Assembly (NCBI GenBank): GCA_048128005.1
Contig: JBEUKZ010000019.1
Span: forward strand, 434,001-498,000
Direction: 5' to 3'
DNA: 64,000 nucleotides
Source: Veleropilina oligotropha
Taxonomy: Eukaryota
The position numbers and the translations under genes were made by a program. Positions 1 to 14,068 of the stretch are shown in pieces. A model generated the notes under the pieces. It saw nothing but the letters and a program-made list of their open reading frames with translations. It did not search any database and had not been told where the DNA came from. Each line of letters starts with the position of its first letter. Position 1 is the stretch's first letter.

Positions 1-48
1 ATATATGAAACGTAGAGCTGCTTTAAAAAATGAACGAAAATCCGCTCG

Positions 49-108
49 CCCTCATCACTTTTTTTCTCAAAAAGTGCCTGAGAATCTAAAAATTAATTTT
101 ATTCAGCC
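49..108 (-). mobile_element. End of a TIR DNA element, same family as 32431-34868
   Basis: CCCTCATCACTTTTTT...GTGCCTGAGAATCTAAAAATTAATTTTATTCAGCC is the near-exact reverse complement of 32431-32488. Confidence 0.7.
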
Positions 109-165
109 TTTCAGATGAATATTTATATCCAGCGACTAATTGATGTTATAATTGTTTGCCTGCAG

Positions 166-3100
166 TACGAGAACCACGCAAAGAGCCTGATGTTAGAAGA
201 ACAGACGCTAGAAAAAATCAAACAGAGAATTCAAGACAAGGTGATGATTAATGCGGGCACGTGGATCGACTGGCAGTACCTGCTCGATGCGACCTCGTTG
301 TTGAGACGCTGTCGCTACACACTGCAATACACGTATCCATACGCCTACTACATGGAGCACAAACAACTGGTGAGTGACATAGTGGTGAACAGGTGCATTA
401 TATTACATGGTGTAGGAACATGTTGAGAGTAGTGAAATCAAGTTCATGTATCTCTAACAGTACCACATGGAGCAGGAGTATTGTGAATATATAGGTGCAC
501 TATATTGCGTGGCATATGAGCACATACGGATTGTTGAAATTTAGTGCATCCGAAAGTGCACTATGTTGTATAGTGTATGAACATTGAACAGACGTCATGA
601 TAAGTGGTTAACAGGTGCATTGTATCACATGTAGTATGAACAGACGTCATGATGAGTGGTTAACAGGTGCATTGTATCACATGTAGTATGAACAGACGGC
701 ATGATGAGTGGTTAACAGGTGCATTGTATCACATGTAGTATGAACAGATGTCATGATGAGTGGTTAACAGGTGCATTGTATCACATGTAGTATGAACAGA
801 CGTCATGATGAGTGGTTAACTAATAACAGGTGCATTGTATCACATGTAGTATGAACAGACGTCATGATGAGTGGTTAACAGGTGCATTGTATCACATGTA
901 GTATGAACAGACGTCATGATGAGTGGTTAACAGGTGCATTGTATCACATGTAGTATGAACAGACGTCATGATGAGTGGTTAACAGGAGCATTGTATCACA
1001 TGTAGTATGAACAGACGTCATGATGAGTGGTTAACAGGTGCATTGTATCACATGTAGTATGAACAGACCTCATGATGAGTGGTTAACAGGTGCATTGTAT
1101 CACATGTAGTATGAACAGACGTCATGATGAGTGGTTAACAGGTACATTGTATCACATGTAGTATGAACAGACGTCATGATGAGTGGTTAACAGGTGCATT
1201 GTATCACATGTAGTATGAACAGACGTCATGATGAGTGGTTAACAGGAGCATTGTATCACATGTAGTATGAACAGACGTCATGATGAGTGGTTAACAGGTG
1301 CATTGTATCACATGTAGTATGAACAGACCTCATGATGAGTGGTTAACAGGTGCATTGTATCACATGTAGTATGAACAGACGTCATGATGAGTGGTTAACA
1401 GGAGCATTGTATCACATGTAGTATGAACAGATGTCATCATGAGTGGTTAACAGGTGCGTTGTATCACATGTAGTATGAACAGACGTCATGATGAGTGGTT
1501 AACAGGAGCATTGTATCACATGTAGTATGAACAGACGTCATGATGAGTGGTTAACAGGTGCATTGTATCACATGTAGTATGAACAGACCTCATGATGAGT
1601 GGTTAACAGGTGCATTGTATCACATGTAGTATGAACAGACCTCATGATGAGTGGTTAACAGGTGCATTGTATCACATGTAGTATGAACAGACGTCATGAT
1701 GAGTGGTTAACAGGTGCATTGTATCACATGTAGTATGAACAGACGTCATGATGAGTGGTTAACAGGTGCATTGTATCACATGTAGTATGAACAGACGTCA
1801 TGATGAGTGGTTAACAGGTGCATTGTATCACATGTAGTATGAACAGACGTCATGATGAGTGGTTAACAGGTGCATTGTATCACATGTAGTATGAACAGAC
1901 GTCATGATGAGTGGTTAACAGGTGCATTGTATCACATGTAGTATGAACAGACGTCATGATGAGTGGTTAACAGGTGCATTGTTTCACATGTAGTATGAAC
2001 AGACGTCATGATGAGTGGTTAACAGGTGCATTGTATCACATGTAGTATGAACAGACGTCATGATGAGTGGTTAACAGGTGCATTGTTTCACATGTAGTAT
2101 GAACAGACGTCATGATGAGTGGTTAACAGGTGCATTGTATCACATGTAGTATGAACAGACGTCATGATGAGTGGTTAACAGGAGCATTGTATCACATGTA
2201 GTATGAACAGATGTCATGATGAGTGGTTAACAGGAGCATTGTATCACATGTAGTATGAACAGACGTCATGATGAGTGGTTAACAGGTGCATTGTATCACA
2301 TGTAGTATGAACAGACGTCATGATGAGTGGTTAACAGGTGCTTGTATCACATGTAGTATGAACAGATGTCATGATGAGTGGTTAACAGGTGCGTTGTATC
2401 ACATGTAGTATGAACAGATGTCATGATGAGTGGTTAACAGGTGCATTGTATCACAATCGTAGTATGAACAGACGTCATGATGAGTGGTTAACAGGTGCAT
2501 TGTATCACATGTAGTATGAACAGACGTCATGATGAGTGGTTAACAGGTATGAGTGGTTAACAGGTGCATTGTATCACATGTAGTATGAACAGAAGTCATG
2601 ATGAGTGGTTAACAGGTGCATTGTATCACATGTAGTATGAACAGATGTCATGATGAGTGGTTAACAGGTGCATTGTATCACATGTAGTATGAACAGACGT
2701 CATGATGAGTGGTTAACAGGTGCATTGTATCACATGTAGTATGAACAGACGTCATGATGAGTGGTTAACAGGTGCATTGTATCACATGTAGTATGAACAG
2801 ACGTCATGATGAGTGGTTAACAGGTGCATTGTATCACATGTAGTATGAACAGACGTCATGATGAGTGGTTAACAGGTGCATTGTATCACATGTAGTATGA
2901 ACAGACGTCATGATGAGTGGTTAACAGGTGCATTGTATCACATGTAGTATGAACAGACATCATGATGAGTGGTTAACAGGTGCATTGTATCACATGTAGT
3001 ATGAACAGATGTCATGATGAGTGGTTAACAGGTGCATTGTATCACATGTAGTATGAACAGACGTCATGATGAGTGGTTAACAGGTGCATTGTATCACATG

Positions 3101-6100
3101 TAGTATGAACAGACATCATGATGAGTGGTTAACAGGTGCATTGTATCACATGTAGTATGAACAGACGTCATGATGAGTGGTTAACAGGTGCATTGTATCA
3201 CATGTAGTATGAACAGACGTCATGATGAGTGGTTAACAGGTGCATTGTATCACATGTAGTATGAACAGATGTCATGATGAGTGGTTAACAGGTGCATTGT
3301 ATCACATGTAGTATGAACAGACGTCATGATGAGTGGTTAACAGGTGCATTGTATCACATGTAGTATGAACAGACGTCATGATGAGTGGTTAACAGGTGCA
3401 TTGTATCACATGTAGTATGAACAGACCTCATGATGAGTGGTTAACAGGTGCATTGTATCACATGTAGTATGAACAGATGTCATGATGAGTGGTTAACAGG
3501 TGCATTGTATCACATGTAGTATGAACAGATGTCATGATGAGTGGTTAACAGGTGCATTGTATCACATGTAGTATGAACAGACGTCATGATGAGTGGTTAA
3601 CAGGTGCATTGTATCACATGTAGTATGAACAGACGTCATGATGAGTGGTTAACAGGTGCATTGTATCACATGTAGTATGAACAGACGTCATGATGAGTGG
3701 TTAACAGGTGCATTGTATCACATGTAGTATGAACAGATGTCATGATGAGTGGTTAACAGGTGCATTGTATCACATGTAGTATGAACAGACGTCATGATGA
3801 GTGGTTAACAGGTGCATTGTATCACATGTAGTATGAACAGACGTCATGAGTGGTTAACAGGTGCATTGTATCACATGTAGTATGAACAGATGTCATGATG
3901 AGTGGTTAACAGGTGCATTGTATCACATGTAGTATGAACAGACATCATGATGAGTGGTTAACAGGTGCATTGTATCACATGTAGTATGAACAGATGTCAT
4001 GATGAGTGGTTAACAGGTGCATTGTATCACATGTAGTATGAACAGACCTCATGATGAGTGGTTAACAGGTGCATTGTATCACATGTAGTATGAACAGATG
4101 TCATGATGAGTGGTTAACAGGTGCATTGTATCACATGTAGTATGAACAGACGTCATGATGAGTGGTTAACAGGTGCATTGTATCACATGTAGTATGAACA
4201 GACCTCATGATGAGTGGTTAACAGGTGCATTGTATCACATGTAGTATGAACAGACGTCATGATGAGTGGTTAACAGGTGCATTGTATCACATGTAGTATG
4301 AACAGATGTCATGATGAGTGGTTAACAGGTGCATTGTATCACATGTAGTATGAACACACCTCATGATGAGTGGTTAACAGGTGCGTTTTATCACATGTAG
4401 TATGAACAGATGTCATGATGAGTGGTTAACAGGTGCATTGTATCACATGTAGTATGAACAGACGTCATGATGAGTGGTTAACAGGTGCATTGTATCACAT
4501 GTAGTATGAACAGATGTCATGATGAGTGGTTAACAGGTGCATTGTATCACATGTAGTATGAACAGACGTCATGATGAGTGGTTAACAGGTGCATTGTATC
4601 ACATGTAGTATGAACAGATGTCATGATGAGTGGTTAACAGGTGCATTGTATCGCATGTAGTATGAACAGACGTCATGATGAGTGGTTAACAGGTGCATTG
4701 TATCACATGTAGTATGAACAGATGTCATGATGAGTGGTTAACAGGTGCGTTGTATCACATGTAGTATGAACAGACGTCATGATGAGTGGTTAACAGGTGC
4801 ATTGTATCACATGTAGTATGAACAGACCTCATGATGAGTGGTTAACAGGTGCATTGTATCACATGTAGTATGAACAGACCTCATGATGAGTGGTTAACAG
4901 GTGCATTGTATCACATGTAGTATGAACAGACCTCATGATGAGTGGTTAACAGGTGCATTGTATCACATGTAGTATGAACAGACATCATGATGAGTGGTTA
5001 ACAGGTGCATTGTATCACATGTAGTATGAACAGACCTCATGATGAGTGGTTAACAGGTGCATTGTATCACATGTAGTATGAACAGACCTCATGATGAGTG
5101 GTTAACAGGTGCATTGTATCACATGTAGTATGAACAGACCTCATGATGAGTGGTTAACAGGTGCATTGTATCACATGTAGTATGAACAGACGTCATGATG
5201 AGTGGTTAACAGGTGCATTGTATCACATGTAGTATGAACAGACGTCATGATGAGTGGTTAACAGGTGCATTGTATCACATGTAGTATGAACAGATGTCAT
5301 GATGAGTGGTTAACAGGTGCATTGTATCACATGTAGTATGAACAGATGTCATGATGAGTGGTTAACAGGTGCATTGTATCACATGTAGTATGAACAGACC
5401 TCATGATGAGTGGTTAACAGGTACATTGTATCACATGTAGTATGAACAGATGTCATGATGAGTGGTTAACAGGTGCATTGTATCACATGTAGTATGAACA
5501 GACCTCATGATGAGTGGTTAACAGGTGCATTGTATCACATGTAGTATGAACAGACCTCATGATGAGTGGTTAACAGGTGCATTGTATCACATGTAGTATG
5601 AACAGACATCATGATGAGTGGTTAACAGGTGCATTGTATCACATGTAGTATGAACAGATGTCATGATGAGTGGTTAACAGGTGCATTGTATCACATGTAG
5701 TATGAACAGACCTCATGATGAGTGGTTAACAGGTGCATTGTATCACATGTAGTATGAACAGATGTCATGATGAGTGGTTAACAGGTGCATTGTATCACAT
5801 GTAGTATGAACAGACCTCATGATGAGTGGTTAACAGGTGCATTGTATCACATGTAGTATGAACAGACCTCATGATGAGTGGTTAACAGGTGCATTGTATC
5901 ACATGTAGTATGAACAGATGTCATGATGAGTGGTTAACAGGTGCATTGTATCACATGTAGTATGACCAGACCTCATGATGAGTGGTTAACAGGTGCATTG
6001 TATCACATGTAGTATGAACAGATGTCATGATGAGTGGTTAACAGGTACATTGTATCACATGTAGTATGAACAGACGTCATGATGAGTGGTTAACAGGTGC

Positions 6101-9100
6101 ATTGTATCACATGTAGTATGAACAGACGTCATGATGAGTGGTTAACAGGAGCATTGTATCACATGTAGTATGAACAGACGTCATGATGAGTGGTTAACAG
6201 GTGCATTGTATCACATGTAGTATGAACAGACGTCATGATGAGTGGTTAACAGGAGCATTGTATCACATGTAGTATGAACAGACGTCATGATGAGTGGTTA
6301 ACAGGTGCATTGTATCACATGTAGTATGAACAGACCTCATGATGAGTGGTTAACAGGTGCATTGTATCACATGTAGTATGAACAGATGTCATGATGAGTG
6401 GTTAACAGGTGCATTGTATCACATGTAGTATGAACAGATGTCATGATGAGTGGTTAACAGGTGCATTGTATCACATGTAGTATGAACAGATGTCATGATG
6501 AGTGGTTAACAGGTGCATTGTATCACATGTAGTATGAACAGATGTCATGATGAGTGGTTAACAGGTGCATTGTATCACATGTAGTATGAACAGACCTCAT
6601 GATGAGTGGTTAACAGGTGCATTGTATCACATGTAGTATGAACAGATGTCATGATGAGTGGTTAACAGGTGCATTGTATCACATGTAGTATGAACAGACC
6701 TCATGATGAGTGGTTAACAGGTGCATTGTATCACATGTAGTATGAACAGACCTCATGATGAGTGGTTAACAGGTGCATTGTATCACATGTAGTATGAACA
6801 GATGTCATGATGAGTGGTTAACAGGTGCATTGTATCACATGTAGTATGAACAGATGTCATGATGAGTGGTTAACAGGTACATTGTATCACATGTAGTATG
6901 AACAGACGTCATGATGAGTGGTTAACAGGTGCATTGTATCACATGTAGTATGAACAGACGTCATGATGAGTGGTTAACAGGAGCATTGTATCACATGTAG
7001 TATGAACAGACGTCATGATGAGTGGTTAACAGGTGCATTGTATCACATGTAGTATGAACAGACGTCATGATGAGTGGTTAACAGGAGCATTGTATCACAT
7101 GTAGTATGAACAGACGTCATGATGAGTGGTTAACAGGTGCATTGTATCACATGTAGTATGAACAGACCTCATGATGAGTGGTTAACAGGTGCATTGTATC
7201 ACATGTAGTATGAACAGATGTCATGATGAGTGGTTAACAGGTGCATTGTATCACATGTAGTATGAACAGATGTCATGATGAGTGGTTAACAGGTGCATTG
7301 TATCACATGTAGTATGAACAGATGTCATGATGAGTGGTTAACAGGTGCATTGTATCACATGTAGTATGAACAGACGTCATGATGAGTGGTTAACAGGTGC
7401 ATTGTATCACATGTAGTATGAACAGACGTCATGATGAGTGGTTAACAGGAGCATTGTATCACATGTAGTATGAACAGACGTCATGATGAGTGGTTAACAG
7501 GTGCATTGTATCACATGTAGTATGAACAGACGTCATGATGAGTGGTTAACAGGAGCATTGTATCACATGTAGTATGAACAGACGTCATGATGAGTGGTTA
7601 ACAGGAGCATTGTATCACATGTAGTATGAACAGACGTCATGATGAGTGGTTAACAGGAGCATTGTATCACATGTAGTATGAACAGACGTCATGATGAGTG
7701 GTTAACAGGTGCATTGTATCACATGTAGTATGAACAGACGTCATGATGAGTGGTTAACAGGAGCATTGTATCACATGTAGTATGAACAGACGTCATGATG
7801 AGTGGTTAACAGGTGCATTGTATCACATGTAGTATGAACAGATGTCATGATGAGTGGTTAACAGGTGCATTGTATCACATGTAGTATGAACAGACCTGAT
7901 GAGTGGTTAACAGGTGCATTGTATCACATGTAGTATGAACAGATGTCATGATGAGTGGTTAACAGGTGCATTGTATCACATGTAGTATGAACAGACATCA
8001 TGATGAGTGGTTAACAGGTGCATTGTATCACATGTAGTATGAACAGACGTCATGATGAGTGGTCAACAGGTGCATTGTATCACATGTAGTATGAACAGAC
8101 ATCATGATGAGTGGTTATCAGGTGCATTGTATCACATGTAGTATGAACAGACATCATGATGAGTGGTTAACAGGTGCATTGTATCACATGTAGTATGAAC
8201 AGACGTCATGATGAGTGGTTAACAGGTGCATTGTATCACATGTAGTATGAACAGACATCATGATGAGTGGTTAACAGGTGCGTTGTATCACATGTAGTAT
8301 GAACAGATGTCATGATGAGTGGTTAACAGGTGCATTGTATCACATGTAGTATGAACAGACATCATGATGAGTGGTTAACAGGTGCATTGTATCACATGTA
8401 GTATGAACAGACTTCATGATGAGTGGTTAACAGGTGCATTGTATCACATGTAGTATGAACAGATGTCATGATGAGTGGTTAACAGGTGCATTGTATCACA
8501 TGTAGTATGAACAGACGTCATGATGAGTGGTTAACAGGTGCATTGTATCACATGTAGTATGAACAGATGTCATGATGAGTGGTTAACAGGTGCATTGTAT
8601 CACATGTAGTATGAACAGACGTCATGATGAGTGGTTAACAGGTGCATTGTATCACATGTAGTATGAACAGACGTCATGATGAGTGGTTAACAGGTGCATT
8701 GTATCACATGTAGTATGAACAGACGTCATGATGAGTGGTTAACAGGTGCATTGTATCACATGTAGTATGAACAGACGTCATGATGAGTGGTTAACAGGTG
8801 CATTGTATCACATGTAGTATGAACAGACGTCATGATGAGTGGTTAACAGGTGCATTGTATCACATGTAGTATGAACAGACGTCATGATGAGTGGTTAACA
8901 GGTGCATTGTATCACATGTAGTATGAACAGACGTCATGATGAGTGGTTAACAGGTGCGTTGTATCACATGTAGTATGAACAGACGTCATGATGAGTGGTT
9001 AACAGGTGCATTGTATCACATGCAGTATGAACAGACGTCATGATGAGTGGTTAACAGGTGCATTGTATCACATGCAGTATGAACAGACGTCATGATGAGT

Positions 9101-12100
9101 GGTTAACAGGTGCATTGTATCACATGTAGTATGAACAGATGTCATGATGAGTGGTTAACAGGTGCATTGTATCACATGCAGTATGAACAGACGTCATGAT
9201 GAGTGGTTAACAGGAGCATTGTATCACATGTAGTATGAACAGACGTCATGATGAGTGGTTAACAGGTGCATTGTATCACATGTAGTATGAACAGACATCA
9301 TGATGAGTGGTTAACAGGTGCATTGTATCACATGTAGTATGAACAGACGTCATGATGAGTGGTTAACAGGTGCATTGTATCACATGTAGTATGAACAGAC
9401 GTCATGATGAGTGGTTAACAGGTGCATTGTATCACATGTAGTATGAACAGACGTCATGATGAGTGGTTAACAGGTGCATTGTATCACATGTAGTATGAAC
9501 AGACGTCATGATGAGTGGTTAACAGGTGCATTGTATCACATGTAGTATGAACAGACCTCATGATGAGTGGTTAACAGGTGCATTGTATCACATGTAGTAT
9601 GAACAGACGTCATGATGAGTGGTTAACAGGTGCATTGTATCACATGTAGTATGAACAGACGTCATGATGAGTGGTTAACAGGTGCATTGTATCACATGTA
9701 GTATGAACAGACGTCATGATGAGTGGTTAACAGGTGCATTGTATCACATGTAGTATGAACAGACATCATGATGAGTGGTTAACAGGTGCATTGTATCACA
9801 TGTAGTATGAACATTGAACAGACGTCATGATGAGTGGTTAACAGGTGCATTGTATCACATGTAGTATGAACAGACGTCATGATGAGTGGTTAACAGGTGC
9901 ATTGTATCACATGTAGTATGAACAGATGTCATGATGAGTGGTTAACAGGTGCATTGTATCACATGTAGTATGAACAGATGTCATGATGAGTGGTTAACAG
10001 GTGCATTGTATCACATGTAGTATGAACAGATGTCATGATGAGTGGTTAACAGGTGCATTGTATCACATGTAGTATGAACAGACATCATGATGAGTGGTTA
10101 ACAGGTGCATTGTATCACATGTAGTATGAACAGACGTCATGATGAGTGGTTAACAGGTGCATTGTATCACATGTAGTATGAACAGACATCATGATGAGTG
10201 GTTAACAGGTGCATTGTATCACATGTAGTATGAACAGACGTCATGATGAGTGGTTAACAGGTGCATTGTATCACATGTAGTATGAACAGACATCATGATG
10301 AGTGGTTAACAGGTGCATTGTATCACATGTAGTATGAACAGACCTCATGATGAGTGGTTAACAGGTGCATTGTATCACATGTAGTATGAACAGACGTCAT
10401 AATGAGTGGTTAACAGGTGCATTGTATCACATGTAGTATGAACAGACGTCATGATGAGTGGTTAACAGGTGCATTGTATCACATGTAGTATGAACAGACA
10501 TCATGATGAGTGGTTAACAGGTGCATTGTATCACATGTAGTATGAACAGACCTCATGATGAGTGGTTAACAGGTGCATTGTATCACATGTAGTATGAACA
10601 GACATCATGATGAGTGGTTAACAGGTGCATTGTATCACATGTAGTATGAACAGATGTCATGATGAGTGGTTAACAGGTGCATTGTATCACATGTAGTATG
10701 AACAGACATCATGATGAGTGGTTAACAGGTGCATTGTATCACATGTAGTATGAACAGACGTCATGATGAGTGGTTAACAGGTGCATTGTATCACATGTAG
10801 TATGAACAGACATCATGATGAGTGGTTAACAGGTGCATTGTATCACATGTAGTATGAACAGACCTCATGATGAGTGGTTAACAGGTGCATTGTATCACAT
10901 GTAGTATGAACAGACATCATGATGAGTGGTTAACAGGTGCATTGTATCACATGTAGTATGAACAGACCTCATGATGAGTGGTTAACAGGTGCATTGTATC
11001 ACATGTAGTATGAACAGACCTCATGATGAGTGGTTAACAGGTGCATTGTATCACATGTAGTATGAACAGACCTCATGATGAGTGGTTAACAGGTGCATTG
11101 TATCACATGTAGTATGAACAGACATCATGATGAGTGGTTAACAGGTGCATTGTATCACATGTAGTATGAACAGACGTCATGATGAGTGGTTAACAGGTGC
11201 ATTGTATCACATGTAGTATGAACAGATGTCATGATGAGTGGTTAACAGGTGCATTGTATCACATGTAGTATGAACAGACATCATGATGAGTGGTTAACAG
11301 GTGCATTGTATCACATGTAGTATGAACAGACGTCATGATGAGTGGTTAACAGGTGCATTGTATCACATGTAGTATGAACAGACCTCATGATGAGTGGTTA
11401 ACTAATAACAGGTGCATTGTATCACATGTAGTATGAACAGACGTCATGATGAGTGGTTAACAGGTGCATTGTATCACATGTAGTATGACAGACGTCATGA
11501 TGAGTGGTTAACAGGTGCATTGTATCACATGTAGTATGAACAGACGTCATGATGAGTGGTTAACTAATAACAGGTGCATTGTATCACATGTAGTATGAAC
11601 AGACCTCATGATGAGTGGTTAACAGGTGCATTGTATCACATGTAGTATGAACAGATGTTGAATGGTCATAGATGCGCTATTGTTCATAGTACATGAATTT
11701 GGGTGACCACATTTGACTATGACATTTGATTGGTGATCTGGAATAGATGTCAGTGCAGCCATGGCGGAGACCTGTGGTCTCTGAGTGATTCTAGTTTCTA
11801 ATATGATTTTCATGAATACAACTTTAATATATCCTACAATAGAAGAGTATTGCAATATTTTTCCTTTAATTTTCTCCAGTTTGAATATCAACAAGCTCAA
11901 CTTGAGGCAGAAGTGGAAAATCTATCCTGGAAAATAGAGAGAGCAGAAATCACTGACAGAGGGGTAAGCTTTGTGTTGTCTCGAACTTCGTTTTGCATAA
12001 TGAGTAGAGAGAGTGGATATATGACCACACCGGCAGACGAGTGGATATATGACCACACCGGCAGATGAGTGGATATATGACCACACCGGCAGACGAGTGG

Positions 12101-12676
12101 ATATATGACCGCACCAGCAGACGAGTGGATATATGACCACACCGGCAGACGAGTGGATATATGACCGCACCGGCAGACGAGTGGATATATGACCGCACCA
12201 GCAGACGAGTGGATATATGACCGCACCGGCAGACGAGTGTGTATATGACCGCACCGGCAGACGAGTGGATATATGACCACACCGGCAGACGAGTGGATAT
12301 ATGACCGCACCGGCAGACGAGTGGATATATGACCACACCAGCAGACGAGTGGATATATGACCACACCAGCAGAGGAGTGGATAATAGGGCAACTCACTCG
12401 TTTGTCTGCGCGGGTGAACAGGGGTGTGCTCGAATCCTCGGTTGAGCTAACAGTCGCAGCTGTCCATAACTTGCCGGTTCGTGCGGATGTGGACATTTCC
12501 TGCTCCGAATGGTCGTTAAAATGGTACTTGGACCATCGATTCAAAACATATCTAGTTTTCTGAGAAGATTTACATGACTAATTAAATAATTGCCTTTCTG
12601 TTTTTAGGATCTAGAGAATCAAATGGACATTGCCGAGAAAGGACGAAGAACATTTCTCAATGATTTCTCATCCTAG
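166..12676 (+). CDS. ARIH2: E3 ubiquitin ligase Ariadne-2 (RBR family), last three coding exons (Ariadne domain); 5' part lies outside the window
   Basis: Exons 166-369 (YENHAKSL...[10 protein letters not shown]...[20 protein letters not shown]), 11880-11963 ([28 protein letters not shown]) and 12608-12676 ([22 protein letters not shown]). Canonical AG/GT junctions, phase 0; the joined peptide matches the ARIH2 C-terminus as I recall it. Confidence 0.95.
586..11657. repeat. 52-bp satellite, ~213 copies, in ARIH2 intron
   Basis: Unit AACAGACGTCATGATGAGTGGTTAACAGGTGCATTGTATCACATGTAGTATG; period 52 (CACATGTA at 841 and 893). Confidence 0.98.
12011..12381. repeat. 28-bp minisatellite, ~13 copies, last ARIH2 intron
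   Basis: Unit GAGTGGATATATGACC(A/G)CACCGGCAGAC. Confidence 0.95.
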
Positions 12677-13943
12677 TAACGTTTAGACAGTTGATATTGT
12701 GTATATTTATATATTCCAGCTAATCTATGCTAATAATGCTGATGTGGTCCTGCCAATCAGATGGATCGCATCATTAAATATGCAAATTATGATCATAGTA
12801 ATTGTCATGCGACTCGGTTATATTTATAAATAATGAATTTAATTATTTTCTCATTGTTTCTTCTACAAATTTAATATATACATATATTTAATATAACTGT
12901 GTTTAATTTTATGTCTGAGTTAGATAAATTTGAACATGTATATGTTGTCACTTTCTATAAATATTTAGGAAACTACCTTTAGGCATATTTTTAGTTATAT
13001 TCCGTTCTGACAGTTTTTCTGCAAATTATTTAGCAGTATTTGATGTACAATGCTTAATCTATTTATGCTGGAAGGCTTGGTGTTAGATAGTTTCATATTG
13101 ACACGCAAAATCATTTATTTTCAACAGATAATATGCATCAGTTGTGAACATGGATATTCGGCAGAACTTTTCAAATACGTTAACTTAAGAAATGTATTCA
13201 TTTTACGATTAGAGTAAATGTAATTTAGTATTCCAGTTTTAATAATTCTTACTATTATGAGTTAGCGCTCTCTATTTGTATGATCCTGAAGTCTGTCAAA
13301 ATATGACATTATGCGTCGATCTAACCAAGCAACTGTACAATTTACAAAACGTGTAATTATGATAATTTTAACATCTGTAACTTGTTTATATTCCAAATCC
13401 AACTCATTGTTGCTCTGCTAAATTGTCTGGATTTTCAGAATATTACGATGTGCTCGTTTCGAGTAGCCATTATTTCACTGTATTAAAACTAATTTGACTT
13501 GAATAGTAATTCCACCTGACAATCTATCTTAGATATACCATGTATCAATTTTGAAAACGAAATGCAAACAATATTACCTTGATAGATTAATTTAAAAACG
13601 AATTGTGATTTCAAGATTGATTGTTAACTTGGCGAAATTGTGATCAGGGTGCAACGGTTAGTGATTTCTGACGCCTGCCATATATATTATATTTATAACT
13701 ATGATATATGTGTAATTGGTGCTCAAACATTTAAAGTAAGTTAACGTGTAATGATGTGATGTGGATACATTTTGCTTAATATCCACTGTCCATTCCTTAA
13801 TATATACTGTATATATAGCCTCTTTACCGTTAGTAAAATTACGACATCATTAAATGCTTAAATTCATTAACACTCTGTAGTATACCGAAAATATGATACG
13901 CGTAGGCTTATTAACATTATGATTGTTATTATATGTTAGAACA

Positions 13944-14068
13944 TCACATGACAGAAGATTGGCTGATGATTGGTTCTGTATATGATCACATGACAGAAGA
14001 CTGGCTGATGATTGGTTCTGTATATGATCACATGACAAAAGACTGGCTGATGATTGGTTCTGTATATA
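13944..14068. repeat. 42-bp tandem repeat, 3 copies
   Basis: Unit TCACATGACAGAAGACTGGCTGATGATTGGTTCTGTATATGA. Confidence 0.9.

Noticed and set aside
586..11657. CRISPR array or tandem hammerhead ribozymes in the 52-bp satellite (ATGATGAG resembles CTGATGAG)
   Set aside because: No unique spacers, no cas genes, eukaryotic intron; the unit lacks the CTGATGA core and GAAA with flanking stems.
11897..12544. Minus-strand ORFs in all three frames
   Set aside because: 28-bp minisatellite antisense to ARIH2.
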